Assembly (NCBI RefSeq): GCF_036971445.1
Contig: NC_091479.1
Span: 74,276,001-74,340,000 of the forward strand
Direction of reading: 5' to 3'
Length of the DNA stretch: 64,000 nucleotides
Source of the DNA: Narcine bancroftii
Taxonomy: Eukaryota
Shown: positions 62,625-64,000 of the stretch, in pieces
Layout of the letters: each line of letters starts with the position of its first letter
How positions within the stretch are numbered: position 1 is the stretch's first letter
Position numbers and translations under genes: made by a program
Notes under the pieces: generated by a model
What the model saw: only the letters and a program-made list of their open reading frames with translations
Database searches by the model: none
Told to the model about the DNA's origin: nothing

Positions 62625-63244
62625 GTAAATCCTCATTTACTTCTAATGCTTCTGTTTTAATGCAGTTGCATTACCTAATTACTCCATTGATTTCTTTATG
62701 ATTTTTTTAACTTTAATTCAGCTGTTAAATGAATACTTATTTTCTTATGTTTATGGTTTTGCTTGTTACATTAGAAACTAACATTAGATATTGAATATAC
62801 ATTGTTCAGAATTTGTTTCTGCAAATATACTCCTGGTTTATTGGAATATTTTTCAATTAAAGCATAGTCATTTTTATCACAATATTTTTAGAATTGGCTC
62901 TCCAAATCTCAATAGGAGCTGGAATTCAGAAATTAATAATGATCAAATCCACTTTTTTTTTAACTTTAAAAAAAAAGTTGTACTTTTTCACCATGCATCT
63001 TGTATTATCAAAGCATTTCAAACACTCCACACTGTTGAGTTAATTGACTCTTGGGTAAATACATAATTTAGCTATTTCTGTTCTTACGCTGTAGTATATG
63101 TGGTATCGATGTACCTGACCAGTTCTTCTCTAGTGTTCTGACTAATTTGGTTTTGAGGAATAGGGTTCTCTTGTTTATGAGAAAATATTTTGGATGTTTA
63201 TGTATTATTTGTATATTGTAACCGATTTTTCTATTTCTTCACAG

Positions 63245-63316
63245 CACTCAATGACCGTTGACACCCGGACCTCAGCGATAATTCCCAAACGTGGATCTTT
63301 ACTTAAGATAAACCAG
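63245..63316 (+). CDS. SAMM50: SAMM50 exon 9 (72 nt); gene continues beyond the window
   Basis: cacag|HSMTVDTRTSAIIPKRGSLLKINQ|gtaacg. Confidence 0.95.
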
Positions 63317-63629
63317 GTAACGCAAAAATACATTTGAGAATTGTTCAAAGGAATGATTAGTTTTAGCTTTGGTTCATTTGAAACTGGTCATTTGGAAAAA
63401 AGGGCTTTAATTTTTAATTGTGAAATCTACAACAATTTGGCTATTTTTTCAAATGTGTTAAATAACATTTGATTCTGAACCAGTGGAGGAAATGCTAGGT
63501 CAGATTATCATAATCTCGAGTGAAGACACTGGTTTTATTTAGCATATTAAAGGATGCTGGAGAGTTTTATGGAGGGAAAGTTTAGAGGCTTGGTGGTGGT
63601 AGTAGTAGGCTTTGCTTCTACTGCCAAGT

Positions 63630-64000
63630 TTCTCAGCGATAGGATCCTGGACGCCGCCATTCATCTGGAAAGGCTCACTTTATGTCGGGCAGACAGAGAT
63701 GTTGCTTTGTGTGGTAAAGTGTGGTGGCCTGTGCATATTACGTACCACAAAATGGTGCGAGTCAGCATGTGTCTCCATCACTGCTCAAAGCTGGTGGAAT
63801 TTGTGATGGTCAGGTGTAGAGGATTTTATCTACTTGGGAATTCACCACAGTTCTCATAGTTGCAGTGTACATCCTTCCCCGGCGCTAGTGCGAAGGAGGA
63901 AATCTGGGAACTGCATGAGGCTATAAACGAACTCCAGACCGCAAACCCTGGCGGACTGATCGTTATCGCTGGGGATTTTGACCAGGTGAACCTCAAGTCA
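63630..64000 (+). mobile_element. Rex1/Babar LINE endonuclease region, cut by the window edge
   Basis: ILDAAIHLERLTLCRADR, VRCRGFYL, VAVYILP and IVIAGDFDQVNLK (APE-like AGDFN motif). Confidence 0.75.

Overview
Eukaryotic (vertebrate) genomic DNA. The repeat landscape (CR1, Rex1/Babar, fish-type L1, Penelope, tRNA-SINEs, hAT) suggests a cartilaginous fish; this is inferred, not verified. Three intron-containing genes were reconstructed by eye from splice sites and remembered vertebrate orthologues, in the same order as in human. (1) The 5' part of EFCAB6 on the minus strand: promoter near 16.4 kb, five coding exons down to 3.7 kb, continuing off the left edge. (2) SULT4A1 exons 2-7 on the minus strand (35736-22980). 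(3) SAMM50 exons 2-9 on the plus strand (55798-63316, continuing off the right edge). The first exons of SULT4A1 and SAMM50 were not found; they probably lie in the 200-N gap (53611-53810), which abuts a 5.4-kb array of a 14-bp polypyrimidine repeat. The four giant ORFs in the track are artefacts of that array. I found no convincing novel multi-gene system. The best leads are a candidate stop-containing cassette exon in SULT4A1 intron 6 that parallels the human regulated pseudo-exon, an inverted templated capture of local DNA inside a CR1 LINE, an RFX/NF-Y promoter for EFCAB6 with hints of frame disruption in that gene, and several well-delimited transposon insertions. Repeat boundaries are approximate unless a target-site duplication (TSD) is given.
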